A stretch of 59,266 bases of DNA, counting the filler. It is 6 parts of 6 records of this genome, joined end to end, with 100 filler letters (N's around TTAATTAATTAA, not from the genome) between each part and the next. Parts side by side here need not be neighbours in the genome. Positions count along the whole stretch, not along the records: positions 20,178 to 29,454 come from SRR2962707_4928; positions 29,555 to 39,444 come from SRR2962707_4931; 4 more parts are not named here. One strand, given 5' to 3'. The translations under genes and the position numbers were made by a program. Of this stretch, positions 21,113 to 30,470 are shown piece by piece (position 1 is the stretch's first letter; every line of letters begins with the position of its first letter). The notes beneath the pieces were generated by a model. The model made no database searches, was not told the origin of the DNA, and saw only the letters and a program-made list of their open reading frames with translations.

Positions 21113-21303
21113 CTTTCTGCGAAGTCGTGTTTTCCCTTGTTTTCAGCGGACTTCCACCGAATGCCTACTTTTTAGGCGCTCGCCCAAATGCCTGTAATTA
21201 CGCCACATTTTAGTCATGACCACCCAAACTACTGAAAACACGACATTATTTGTTACAGATTTGTAAACACACATGACAAAGTGCAAAACTTTCTTGGTCG
21301 GGT

Positions 21304-22086
21304 CTACTCAAACCCTTGTGCTTCCGGCGTTTTCCACACCAGATGCTCGCCTCCGTCCGTGCACAATAGCTGCCCTGTGACCGATGATGCGTCGATAAAA
21401 TAACCAAGCGCCGCCGTGATATCGTCAGGGTTCGCCCCGCGTTCCAAAATCGCCCGCTTACGCTGTTTTGCAAAAATCTCGGCGGTTTGATGGGTGCCTT
21501 GCAGCGTCGGGCCCGGACCAATCGCGTTGACCCTGATGGCCGGGGCCAAGGCCTGCGCTGTGGTCTGCGTCATCGCCCATAGCCCCATTTTGGCAATGGT
21601 ATAGGTCATGAATTCGGGGGTCAGATTGCGGACCCGCTGATCCAGCATATTCACAATCAATCCGCGCGCTTTTGGTTCGCCATTTTCGTCGGTCAGCGGC
21701 GCAAGGTCCTGCCGCGCCATGGCTTGGGTCAAGATGAACGGCGCGCGCAAGTTGCTGCCGATATGACGGTCCCAGCTCTCGGATGTTGCGGTGGTGACCC
21801 TGTCGTCTTCGAATATCGACGCGTTATTCACCAAACAGGTAATCGGCGCGCCCAGTGCTGCCACCGCACGCGAGAACAGGCTTTGTGTCTCACCCTCGTT
21901 CAACAGATCGGCCTGAACCGCTACACCGCGCCGGCCCATCGCCTCGAGCGCGGCAACAACGTCATCTGCGCCCTTGGAGGATGTATTGTAATGCACCGCG
22001 ACATCATAGCCGCGCGCGCCCAGATATAGCGCCATCGCACGGCCCAGCCGCGCACCGGCCCCCGTTACCAATGCAGTCTTCATCAT
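21304..22086 (-). CDS. SDR oxidoreductase (pteridine reductase/FolM-like)
   Basis: TGAGARLG, VAVHYN, LVNNASIF, NMLDQR, YTIAK, RVNAIGPG. Confidence 0.9.
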   Translation of the reverse strand: MMKTALVTGAGARLGRAMALYLGARGYDVAVHYNTSSKGADDVVAALEAMGRRGVAVQADLLNEGETQSLFSRAVAALGAPITCLVNNASIFEDDRVTTATSESWDRHIGSNLRAPFILTQAMARQDLAPLTDENGEPKARGLIVNMLDQRVRNLTPEFMTYTIAKMGLWAMTQTTAQALAPAIRVNAIGPGPTLQGTHQTAEIFAKQRKRAILERGANPDDITAALGYFIDASSVTGQLLCTDGGEHLVWKTPEAQGFE

Positions 22087-22096
22087 GCGGCCTTTC

Positions 22097-23056
22097 TCAG
22101 ATCAGAATAGCGCCTAGGTACAGCGCATATAGTCCGCACAGCACGATACCCCAAACCCGTGTGATATCGCGGCGCAAATACACAAAGGGGATCAGCAGCA
22201 AAGACGCGCCTAACATCACCCAAAAATCAAAGCGCATAAACTGCGGATCAACCTCAATCGGGCCAACCAGACTTGCCACGCCGATGATGCCCAACAGGTT
22301 GAACATGTTCGATCCGATGACATTGCCCAATGCCACATCCGCCTGACGGCGCAATGCGGCCATGACCGTTGTTGCAAGCTCGGGAAGGGACGTGCCAATC
22401 GCAACAAGGGTCAAGCCGATGACCGTGTCACTGATGCCGTATGCCCGCGCGATCACCGATGCATTGTCCACCAACAGGCCCGCCCCTAACGGCAGCCCGA
22501 CCAGACCCAAGACAAGGAAAACGGCGATGCGCCAGCCCGGCATATCGGGGTCTGCCCCTTCGGGTTCTTCAACACCGGCCGCGCACATGCCTTTGCTATC
22601 GCGGCGGTGCTTTCGTGTGTCGCAGACCGCATCGAACAACACATAGACAAGACACGCCAGCAAAACGAACCCAGCATAGGCATCATATACCCCACGCAGG
22701 GCCAATAGGATAAAGATGACCGATGCAGCGATCATCATATTAAATGTCTTACGCGTGTTGCATTCAGAGGTGTGCATCGTCGCCAAAAGCGCGGGCACCC
22801 CAAGCACCAACAAAATATTGGCCGTGTTAGAGCCAACCACATTCCCAAGCGCGATGCCCGGCGCATCGTCCAAGATGGCTTTGATTGAAATCAGCAGTTC
22901 CGGCGCAGAGGTTCCGAATGCCACAATCGTCAAACTGACAATCAAGGCTGGCACGCCCAAACGTAGCGACAGGTTCACCGCACCTTTAACCAGGGCATCG
23001 CCTGCCAAAAGCAGGATCACCAGCCCCAGAATACTTAGTAGCCATGGCATGATCAT
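22097..23056 (-). CDS. Calcium/sodium antiporter (YrbG, CaCA family)
   Basis: Alpha repeats GTSAPEL..GNVVGSN and GTSLPEL..GNVIGSN; about 10 TM segments. Confidence 0.93.
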   Translation of the reverse strand: MIMPWLLSILGLVILLLAGDALVKGAVNLSLRLGVPALIVSLTIVAFGTSAPELLISIKAILDDAPGIALGNVVGSNTANILLVLGVPALLATMHTSECNTRKTFNMMIAASVIFILLALRGVYDAYAGFVLLACLVYVLFDAVCDTRKHRRDSKGMCAAGVEEPEGADPDMPGWRIAVFLVLGLVGLPLGAGLLVDNASVIARAYGISDTVIGLTLVAIGTSLPELATTVMAALRRQADVALGNVIGSNMFNLLGIIGVASLVGPIEVDPQFMRFDFWVMLGASLLLIPFVYLRRDITRVWGIVLCGLYALYLGAILI

Positions 23057-23220
23057 CCGCTTTTACCCCTACAGCCACAGGGGCCTTTACCAATGCGGTA
23101 ACGACCGCAGAACTTACACTTTGATTGACTAAACCGTTTACCGCCCAGCCAGTGCATTTTACCGAACCAGGCAAGTACACCCATAGCGACCAGAAACAGC
23201 AGAACGATCTTAAGAACCAT
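23053..23220 (-). CDS. Small membrane-anchored Cys-rich protein (55 aa)
   Basis: Manual translation: MVLKIVLLFLVAMGVLAWFGKMHWLGGKRFSQSKCKFCGRYRIGKGPCGCRGKSG. Starts 2 nt after the S49 stop, and its TGA overlaps the antiporter ATG. Confidence 0.8.
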   Translation of the reverse strand: MVLKIVLLFLVAMGVLAWFGKMHWLGGKRFSQSKCKFCGRYRIGKGPCGCRGKSG

Positions 23221-23222
23221 AT

Positions 23223-24020
23223 TTATAGGCCGAACTTCGAATAGGCAGCGCGTTCTTCGATGTTGTCAACGGCATCGCCGATAATCTGCGCACCAAAGCG
23301 CGACAACAGACCTTTTTTGCTGCCATAGCGTGCGAATTTCACTTTGTCGCCAAACCGTTCTTTTAGCATCGGGTTCAGATGGCCGATGCCATCGATCAAC
23401 CCTAATTCGGTGGCGCGTTTTGCCAGCCAAATTTCACCTGTGAACAGATCCGTGTCTGTATCCAGCTTGTCGCCGCGCCGTTCTTTGACGTGGTCGATGA
23501 AATTGGTGTGAATGTCGCCTAACAAGGCCTTCAACCGGTCAACATCTTCGGCCTTTTCGGGGCGAAACGGGTCAAGCATCGATTTCGACTGCCCAGCCGT
23601 ATAGACACGGCGTTCGATACCGTAGCGGCTGATCAGTTCGTTCACCCCAAAGGAGGACGAGATCACACCGATTGATCCAACAATCGAACTTGGGTCGCCG
23701 TAAATTTCATCCGCCGCCGCCGCCAGCCAATAGCCACCCGAAGCGGCCACATCTTCGACGAACGCAATGACGGGAATGTCTTTTTCCGCAGCCAGCCGTC
23801 TGATCCGGGCCCCGATCAAGGACGACTGCACCGGGCTACCCCCCGGAGAGCTGATCTCGAGAGCGACCGCCGCTGGTTTCCCGCGATGGAATGCTTTTTC
23901 AAGGACGGGTCCGATGCTTTCGTCGGTCAGACCGGTCCGGCCACGTCCGCCGATCACGCCAGACAAACGGACGACCGCCACGACTGGATGCGACGCCATA
24001 AAGGGAATGTATTTTCTCAT
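23223..24020 (-). CDS. S49 family peptidase (SppA/SohB-like)
   Basis: Probable start MRKYIPF; ISSPGGSPVQS, DVAASGGYWLA, IVGSIGVI, TAGQSKSMLDPF. Confidence 0.92.
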   Translation of the reverse strand: MRKYIPFMASHPVVAVVRLSGVIGGRGRTGLTDESIGPVLEKAFHRGKPAAVALEISSPGGSPVQSSLIGARIRRLAAEKDIPVIAFVEDVAASGGYWLAAAADEIYGDPSSIVGSIGVISSSFGVNELISRYGIERRVYTAGQSKSMLDPFRPEKAEDVDRLKALLGDIHTNFIDHVKERRGDKLDTDTDLFTGEIWLAKRATELGLIDGIGHLNPMLKERFGDKVKFARYGSKKGLLSRFGAQIIGDAVDNIEERAAYSKFGL

Positions 24021-24073
24021 ACTCTTCCATGTAGAATGCGTTTCGTTCTCAAACAAGGAGGACCTCGCGATAG

Positions 24074-24835
24074 TTATTGCCTAATCCGCCACCCGGTGCG
24101 GAAAATCCACCAAATCACGGCGAGGCACAGCGCGGTGAAGCCCGCAATCGCGAAAAGGCTGGTGAGGATCGGCACATCGGCTGCCCCAAAGAAGGACCAG
24201 CGGAACCCCGAGATCAGATAAACAACCGGGTTAAAGTGCGAGATCACCTGCCAGACCGGCGGCAACATCGAGATCGAATAAAACGACCCGCCAAGGAAAA
24301 CGAGCGGCGTGATGATCAACAACGGCACCAGTTGAAGCTGTTCAAAATTGCCGGCCCAAATCCCGATAATAAAGCCGAACAGGGAAAAGCTGACACAGGT
24401 CAGCACCAAGAACACAACCATCCAAACAGGGTGTTGGATCGTGATATCGACAAAGAAAAACGCCGTGCCCAGAATGATAACTCCGATAAACAACGCCTTG
24501 GTCGCAGCGGCCCCGACATAGCCCAGAACGATCTCGATAAAATTGATCGGAGCAGAGAGCAGTTCAAACACGGTGCCAATGAACTTGGGGAAATAGATAC
24601 CAAAAGACGCGTTCGAAATCGACTGCGTGATAACGCTCAGCATGATCAGACCCGGTACGATAAACGCACCATAGCTGATGCCTTCGACCTCTTGGATGCG
24701 GCTGCCGATCGCGGCCCCGAAGACGACAAAATATAGCGATGTCGACAAAACCGGCGATACAAAGCTTTGGGTGATCGTCCGGAAAAAGCGGGTCATTTCG
24801 AATTTATAGATGGATGAAACAGCGATCCAGTTCAT
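24074..24835 (-). CDS. ABC-2 type permease (YadH-like)
   Basis: 253 aa; [37 protein letters not shown]. Confidence 0.92.
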   Translation of the reverse strand: MNWIAVSSIYKFEMTRFFRTITQSFVSPVLSTSLYFVVFGAAIGSRIQEVEGISYGAFIVPGLIMLSVITQSISNASFGIYFPKFIGTVFELLSAPINFIEIVLGYVGAAATKALFIGVIILGTAFFFVDITIQHPVWMVVFLVLTCVSFSLFGFIIGIWAGNFEQLQLVPLLIITPLVFLGGSFYSISMLPPVWQVISHFNPVVYLISGFRWSFFGAADVPILTSLFAIAGFTALCLAVIWWIFRTGWRIRQ

Positions 24836-25764
24836 ACCGCACCCTCCTTTACAAGATCCACAAAGATGTCTTCCAGACTGCTTTGAGACGTTTCAATATC
24901 GGTCAACACAAGGCCAGCCGCCGCAACATCGGACAGCAATTTGGTGATGCCAGTGCGTTCGGCCCGCGTGTCATATGTGTAGATCAGGCTTTCACCATCG
25001 GGCGACAGCGCCAGCGTATCCGAGGTCAGGCTGGCGGGCAGCGCGTCAATCGGTTTGGACAGTTGCACGGTAAGTTGCTTTTTACCCATGCGCGCCATCA
25101 GCTTGTCTTTGTCCTCGACCAGCAGCAATTCACCGTGGGCGATCACGCCGATACGGTCTGCAATCGCTTCCGCTTCCTCGATGTAGTGGGTGGTCAGGAT
25201 AATCGTCACGCCGTCGGCTTTCAGCTCGGCCACGATCTCCCACATGTCGCGGCGCAACTCGACATCGACGCCTGCCGTTGGTTCATCCAGAAACAGCACG
25301 CGCGGATCATGGGCAAGCGCCTTTGCAATCAACACGCGGCGCTTCATGCCACCTGATAATGCCCGGATCTGGGTATCTTTTTTATCCCATAGCGACAGCT
25401 GCTTGAGGATCTTCTCTAACGCCGCGGCATTTTTGGGCTTACCAAATAATCCACGCGAGAAGCGGACTGTGCTCATCACCGTCTCGAACGGCTCTAGGTT
25501 GATTTCCTGGGGCACCAAACCGATCATCGAACGGGCCGCGCGGTAATCCAAAACAGTGTCATGGCCGCCCACTTTGACCGATCCACCGGTCGCAGTAGTG
25601 ATACCGCAAACAGTTGAAATAAGGGTTGTTTTCCCCGCACCATTTGGACCAAGAAGGGCCAGGATCTCGCCCTTCTTGATGTTTAGCGTGACGCCTTTTA
25701 GGGCCTCGAAACCGTCGCTATAAGCTTTGCGCAAGTCATGGATTTCGACAATATCTGGCATCAA
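24832..25764 (-). CDS. ABC transporter ATP-binding protein (YadG-like)
   Basis: [41 protein letters not shown] overlap with the permease. Confidence 0.94.
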   Translation of the reverse strand: MMPDIVEIHDLRKAYSDGFEALKGVTLNIKKGEILALLGPNGAGKTTLISTVCGITTATGGSVKVGGHDTVLDYRAARSMIGLVPQEINLEPFETVMSTVRFSRGLFGKPKNAAALEKILKQLSLWDKKDTQIRALSGGMKRRVLIAKALAHDPRVLFLDEPTAGVDVELRRDMWEIVAELKADGVTIILTTHYIEEAEAIADRIGVIAHGELLLVEDKDKLMARMGKKQLTVQLSKPIDALPASLTSDTLALSPDGESLIYTYDTRAERTGITKLLSDVAAAGLVLTDIETSQSSLEDIFVDLVKEGAV

Positions 25765-25826
25765 AGCCTCCGGATAATTTTTTCCGGACGCTAAACTGAT
25801 TAGAGCCGAGATAACAGGGGGCTAGT

Positions 25827-26351
25827 TCAGGACTTTTCCCGACCGAACCAACCTTTCTTTTTAGGTGCGTCTGCCGCGACCTCTTCGCCGTCCGCCGCAT
25901 CCGCATCGCCGGGCCCTTCAAGGGTTTCTTGCAAGTTGTTAAAGAACTGATCCGCCATTTTCTTGGCAAAGCCGTCAATGATCCGGCTGCCAAGCTGCGC
26001 CAGCTTGCCGCCTACTTTGGCCTCGACGTCATAGGTTAATTCGGTGCCGCCATCCTTGGCCGACAGCCGGACATCTGCACCCCCCTTGGCAAAGCCCGCA
26101 GCGCCGCCTTTGCCCTCGCCGCTGATCGTCAGCGATTGCCCCGGCACCAGATCGGTCATTGCCACCTGCCCCTTAAAGGTTGCCTTCACGGGGCCGACCT
26201 TTTGCACCACGGTCGCCTCAAAGCCGTCTTCGGGCGATCCGGTCACTTCGGTCGCGCCGGGCACACATTTGATCAGCATATCGGGGTCCAGCAATGCTGC
26301 GTACACCTCTTCTGGGCTGGCGGCGATCTGGCGCGTGTCTGACATTTGCAT
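25827..26351 (-). CDS. coxG: CoxG/SRPBCC family protein
   Basis: Start moved to ATG 26351 behind RBS CAGGAGG: MQMSDTRQIAASPEEVY..CVPG..KVGPVKATFKG..GGKLAQLGSRII. No coxSLM genes nearby. Confidence 0.85.
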   Translation of the reverse strand: MQMSDTRQIAASPEEVYAALLDPDMLIKCVPGATEVTGSPEDGFEATVVQKVGPVKATFKGQVAMTDLVPGQSLTISGEGKGGAAGFAKGGADVRLSAKDGGTELTYDVEAKVGGKLAQLGSRIIDGFAKKMADQFFNNLQETLEGPGDADAADGEEVAADAPKKKGWFGREKS

Positions 26352-26459
26352 TGGCGTATCCTCCTGGGGCGATATTTCCACCAGCCTAGCGCAGTTGCGA
26401 TGCGGACGCCAAGATGGAAACACGCTGGACAGGATGTGTGTAGCTGATAGGTCTGCGAT

Positions 26460-27440
26460 ATGAATGCAAATGCACACAGCCAATCCAGCGCAGCCATCGC
26501 CTTTATCTTTGCGGGGGTGTTCGCAATTTCGATCAACGACATGCTGATCAAGCAATTGTCGGGTGGCTATCCTTTGCATGAAATCGTCTTTGCACGCGCC
26601 TTGATCGGTATCCTGTTCGGCCTTGGCTTGGTTCAGCTCGAGGGCGGATGGCGCATTTTGAAAACCTCGCAGTGGCACTGGCATGTGTTGCGCGGGTTGT
26701 TCGTCGTGATCGCCAATATGACATTCTTTCTGGCCTTGGCCGCCCTGCCCTTGGCCGATGCGACCGCGCTGTTTTTTGTGGCGCCGCTGTTTATCACATT
26801 GCTGTCGATCCCGATCCTTGGCGAAAAAGTAGGCATCATGCGCTTAAGCGCCGTGGCGGTTGGTTTTTTAGGGGTCATTATTATGCAGCGCCCATGGGCG
26901 AGCGCAGACAGTTTGCAGGCCTCGCGGCTGGTGCTTTTGCTGCCTGTTGTGGCGGCGCTGACCTATGCGTTGAACCAGCTGATGACCCGCAAGCTGGGCG
27001 TGCACAGCAAGGCATCGGCGTTGGCCATCTATATTCAAGGTACGTTTCTGGTCGTCTCGATCGGGTTTTTTCTGGTCGCGGGCGATGGCCGCTTTGCCAC
27101 CGACGACAGTGCGCCCTCGATGCTGTTCTTGCTGCGCGAATGGGTCTGGCCGGCGCGAGGCGACATCTGGGTGTTTTTGGGTCTTGGCCTGAACGCCGCG
27201 GTGATCGGCTATTGCCTAAGCCAAGCGTACCGTATCGCCGACGCTGCCACTGTTGCACCGTTCGAATACATCGGCCTGCCATTGGCCGTGTTCTGGGGGC
27301 TGGTGATCTTTGGCGACATGCCCGTGTGGGAAGTTTGGGTCGGCATCGCGTTGATCTTGGGGTCGGGGCTGTTCGTGTTTCTGCGCGAACGTCAAAAGGC
27401 CCGCGCGTCCTTGCGCGCCCAGCCCACGCGCGGCCTTTAG
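26460..27440 (+). CDS. DMT/EamA family transporter
   Basis: 326 aa, about 10 TM; PLADATALFFVAPLFIT..LGEKVG and AYRIADAATVAPFEY. Confidence 0.9.
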   Translation: MNANAHSQSSAAIAFIFAGVFAISINDMLIKQLSGGYPLHEIVFARALIGILFGLGLVQLEGGWRILKTSQWHWHVLRGLFVVIANMTFFLALAALPLADATALFFVAPLFITLLSIPILGEKVGIMRLSAVAVGFLGVIIMQRPWASADSLQASRLVLLLPVVAALTYALNQLMTRKLGVHSKASALAIYIQGTFLVVSIGFFLVAGDGRFATDDSAPSMLFLLREWVWPARGDIWVFLGLGLNAAVIGYCLSQAYRIADAATVAPFEYIGLPLAVFWGLVIFGDMPVWEVWVGIALILGSGLFVFLRERQKARASLRAQPTRGL

Positions 27441-28402
27441 CCAGACACGCGCACAATAACCTTGCCGGTTGCCTTGCGGGTGCGCAGCAGGTCCAGCGCC
27501 TCGTTCGCCTGTTCCAACGGCAACACATGGCTGACATGGGGTTTCAACTGCCCCGCGACGTACCAATCTATCAGCGTTCTAAAGCTGTCGGTCAGCACCT
27601 TGGGGTTAAATTTCTTGTAGCCGCCCCAGAACAGACCGAGGATATTCAGGTTTTTCACCATGACGATATTCGCCGGGATCTGCGGCACCTCGCCCGATGC
27701 AAACCCAAGCGGCAGTAACCGCGCCTCGGGGTTGCAGGCGCGCATGGCCGCTTTGAACTGGTCACCGCCAATCGGGTCATAGACCACATCAGCCCCGCCC
27801 AGCGATTTGACGACCTCGCGGATGTCATCAACTTCGGAATCGATCAGATGGTCGGCCCCTGCCGCGCGGCAGATATCAAGCTTGGCCTGACCACGGGCAC
27901 AGGCGATCACCTCGGCCCCCATCAGTTTGCCCAGCTCGACCGCCGTCAGGCCCACACCGCCCGATGCGCCCAGCACCAGCAGACGTTCGCCGGGCTGCAA
28001 CCGCGCCTTATACTCTAGCGCCACGTGGCTGGTCCCGTAAGCGATCAGAAAGGCGGCCGCGTCGACGGCGTTCATCTCATCCGGGATTGCCACGCATATG
28101 TCGGCGGGCACCACGGCATATTCCGCCAATCCGTGAAAGCCGCTGTAGGCCGCGATGCGCTGGCCCTTTGCGACGCCCTGCACCCCCTTGCCTACCGCAG
28201 TCACGGTGCCGGCCAGTTCCATCCCCAAGGTGAACGGCAGCGGTGGCTTTTCCTGATAGGTCCCCTTGATCAGCAGCAGATCCCCAAAGTTCAAACCGCA
28301 GGTTTCAACCTTGACCAAGACCTCTCCCGGGCCAGGCATCGGCATCTCAAGGTCTTGCATCTTGAGAGGCTGATCATAGGCTGTGACTTGCATAGCGCGC
28401 AT
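27437..28402 (-). CDS. NADPH:quinone oxidoreductase (MDR, zeta-crystallin-like)
   Basis: GLNFGDLL, PFTLGME, LGASGGVG, DVVYDPIGG, GFASG, TGKVIV. Confidence 0.92.
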   Translation of the reverse strand: MRAMQVTAYDQPLKMQDLEMPMPGPGEVLVKVETCGLNFGDLLLIKGTYQEKPPLPFTLGMELAGTVTAVGKGVQGVAKGQRIAAYSGFHGLAEYAVVPADICVAIPDEMNAVDAAAFLIAYGTSHVALEYKARLQPGERLLVLGASGGVGLTAVELGKLMGAEVIACARGQAKLDICRAAGADHLIDSEVDDIREVVKSLGGADVVYDPIGGDQFKAAMRACNPEARLLPLGFASGEVPQIPANIVMVKNLNILGLFWGGYKKFNPKVLTDSFRTLIDWYVAGQLKPHVSHVLPLEQANEALDLLRTRKATGKVIVRVSG

Positions 28403-28516
28403 GGGGAAAATCCTTGGATTGGTCTGTCGATAAAGCTGGGCGCAAAAGGGCCAGAGGATCGGCGATATTGCAACCCTGTCCGCTGGGCCGCTGGCAATCA
28501 GCGCGATTACCTTGCG

Positions 28517-28627
28517 TTACGGCACAATCGCCAGTCGGATCGCATAAGCGACAATACCAAGGGCGAGCACGCTCAGCACCCAAATCAAGACGAACCAACC
28601 GGTTCTTGCAAGCCAGTTTTCCCCCAT
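28517..28627 (-). CDS. Small hydrophobic protein downstream of cydB (DUF2474-like, 36 aa)
   Basis: Manual translation: MGENWLARTGWFVLIWVLSVLALGIVAYAIRLAIVP. Its ATG overlaps the cydB stop (TGATG). Confidence 0.8.
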   Translation of the reverse strand: MGENWLARTGWFVLIWVLSVLALGIVAYAIRLAIVP

Positions 28628-29454
28628 CAGTGGTATCCTTCGGCGGGATTGATCTTACCGCGAAACACCCAATAGGTGTAGGCAGTGTAGGACAGGATCA
28701 TCGGCAACAATACCAACGTGCCGACCAGCGCGAATTTTAGACTGCTGTCGGGTGCCGCCGCTTCGGCGATGGTCAATGATGGCGGCACGATATGCGGATA
28801 AAAGCTGATACCGATCCCGATAAAGCCAAGCACAAACAAGGCAAGGGCACATAGGAACGGCGTCACATCCCAATGACGTCGCAGCCCGTGGAACAGCCCA
28901 TAGATTGCAACCGCGACCAGCGCGGGCACCAAAAACGTAAAGATCGCCGTGGGGAATGCGAACCAGCGGACGTAATATTCGCCATCCAGAAACGGCGTCC
29001 AAATGCTGAAAATGCCCATGAACACCACCGTGGCAATCGCAAAGGGCCACGCCAGCCGACGCATGTGGGTTTGAATGCGGCCCTCAAGCTTCATGTTCAG
29101 CCAGGTGGCACCCAACATGGCATAGCCCATCGTCACCGCAACGCCGGTAAGGATCGAGAACGGCGTCAACCAATCCCACCAACCGCCCGCATAGGCACGG
29201 TTTTCAATCTCGATCCCCTGCACCAGCGCGCCCAAGGCGATGCCCTGACAGAACGCCGCAACGAAAGACCCGCCAAAGAACGAGATGTCCCAAAGCCCTT
29301 TCCACCGTGTCGTCCGCCAGCGATATTCAAACGCCACACCGCGAAACACCAGCCCCAGCAGCATCAGGATGATCGGCATGTAGAGCGCGGGCATAATCGT
29401 GGCATAGGCCAGCGGAAAAACCGCGAACAAGCCGCCACCGCCCAACACCAGCCA
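28627..29454 (-). CDS. cydB: Cytochrome bd (CIO-type) oxidase subunit II, 5'-truncated
   Basis: WLVLGGGGLFAVFP, FRGVAFEYR, YAGGWWDWLTPFS, YTAYTYWVFRGK. Confidence 0.95.
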   Translation of the reverse strand, partial: WLVLGGGGLFAVFPLAYATIMPALYMPIILMLLGLVFRGVAFEYRWRTTRWKGLWDISFFGGSFVAAFCQGIALGALVQGIEIENRAYAGGWWDWLTPFSILTGVAVTMGYAMLGATWLNMKLEGRIQTHMRRLAWPFAIATVVFMGIFSIWTPFLDGEYYVRWFAFPTAIFTFLVPALVAVAIYGLFHGLRRHWDVTPFLCALALFVLGFIGIGISFYPHIVPPSLTIAEAAAPDSSLKFALVGTLVLLPMILSYTAYTYWVFRGKINPAEGYH

Positions 29455-29554
29455 NNNNNNNNNNNNNNNNNNNNNNNNNNNNNNNNNNNNNNNNNNNNTT
29501 AATTAATTAANNNNNNNNNNNNNNNNNNNNNNNNNNNNNNNNNNNNNNNNNNNN
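29455..29554. other. Artificial contig linker
   Basis: N44-TTAATTAATTAA-N44. Confidence 0.99.
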
Positions 29555-29624
29555 ATTGTGCAAATGCAACAATCGCCAATTGGCACTATCTCAGACCAAA
29601 TTCGTTTTTTTTATAAGGTCGTTC

Positions 29625-29876
29625 ATGACGTCATCTTCAAGTGATACTTACGATGTTATTCTTGATGCACGGGGGTTGATATGCCCAATGCCGGTGCTTA
29701 AGGCAAAGAAGTCTCTGCGTGATGTTCCTGACGGGGGCATCTTAAAAGTGATGGCAACCGATCCCGGGTCTGTTGCAGACATGAAAGCCTTCTGCGATAT
29801 GACGGGTAACCGGCTGGTCTCATCGAAAGAAGAAGACGGTGTTTTTGTCTATCACATCGAAAAGGCGGGCGCGTAG
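29625..29876 (+). CDS. tusA: Sulfur carrier TusA/SirA family protein
   Basis: Start moved to ATG 29625; LDARGLICPMPVLK (CPxP motif), ATDPGS. Confidence 0.9.
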   Translation: MTSSSSDTYDVILDARGLICPMPVLKAKKSLRDVPDGGILKVMATDPGSVADMKAFCDMTGNRLVSSKEEDGVFVYHIEKAGA

Positions 29877-29946
29877 ATATCCGTCGCACGCTAGCCCTAC
29901 TTGGACAGTCCAATGTCCTTTTTTCTAGCCGTGAAGAGATTTCCCT

Positions 29947-30429
29947 ATGCCAGATACACGTAATAATCTGAATTGGGTGACATGCCGTTTTGAAGAAATG
30001 TCACCGTTTCAGGTCTATAGCCTGCTGAAATTGCGGCAGCAGATTTTCATTATCGAGCAAGAATGCATTTTTCCTGAGATCGACGGGCTTGATCCGGTAT
30101 GCCTGCATATTCTTGCCTTGGATGGAAACGACGTTCTTGCCGCGACACGCATTGTTGGTCCGGGGCAGGACCCGGATCATGCGGATCAGGGCGATAGACC
30201 CGCGATTGGCCGTGTTGTGACGAGCGAGGTTTTGCGTGGGCAAGGCATTGGTCGCGTCTTGATGGCGCGCGCGATTGAAGCCTGTGCCGATAATTTTGCC
30301 GGAAAGCCGATCTATTTGAACGCGCAGCTTTATCTGCGCGATTTTTATCAAGGTCTTGGCTTTGTGCAATTTGGTGATGAATATGACGAGGACGGGATTG
30401 CGCATATCTCGATGGAACGCCCGGCGTAA
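29947..30429 (+). CDS. elaA: GNAT acetyltransferase, ElaA family
   Basis: LLKLRQQIFIIEQEC, IGRVVT, RGQGIG, AQLYLRDFY, YDEDGIAHISM. Confidence 0.88.
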   Translation: MPDTRNNLNWVTCRFEEMSPFQVYSLLKLRQQIFIIEQECIFPEIDGLDPVCLHILALDGNDVLAATRIVGPGQDPDHADQGDRPAIGRVVTSEVLRGQGIGRVLMARAIEACADNFAGKPIYLNAQLYLRDFYQGLGFVQFGDEYDEDGIAHISMERPA

Positions 30430-30470
30430 AGGAGGACGTTCCATGCAATCTTGCTGATTGTTATTGAGAG

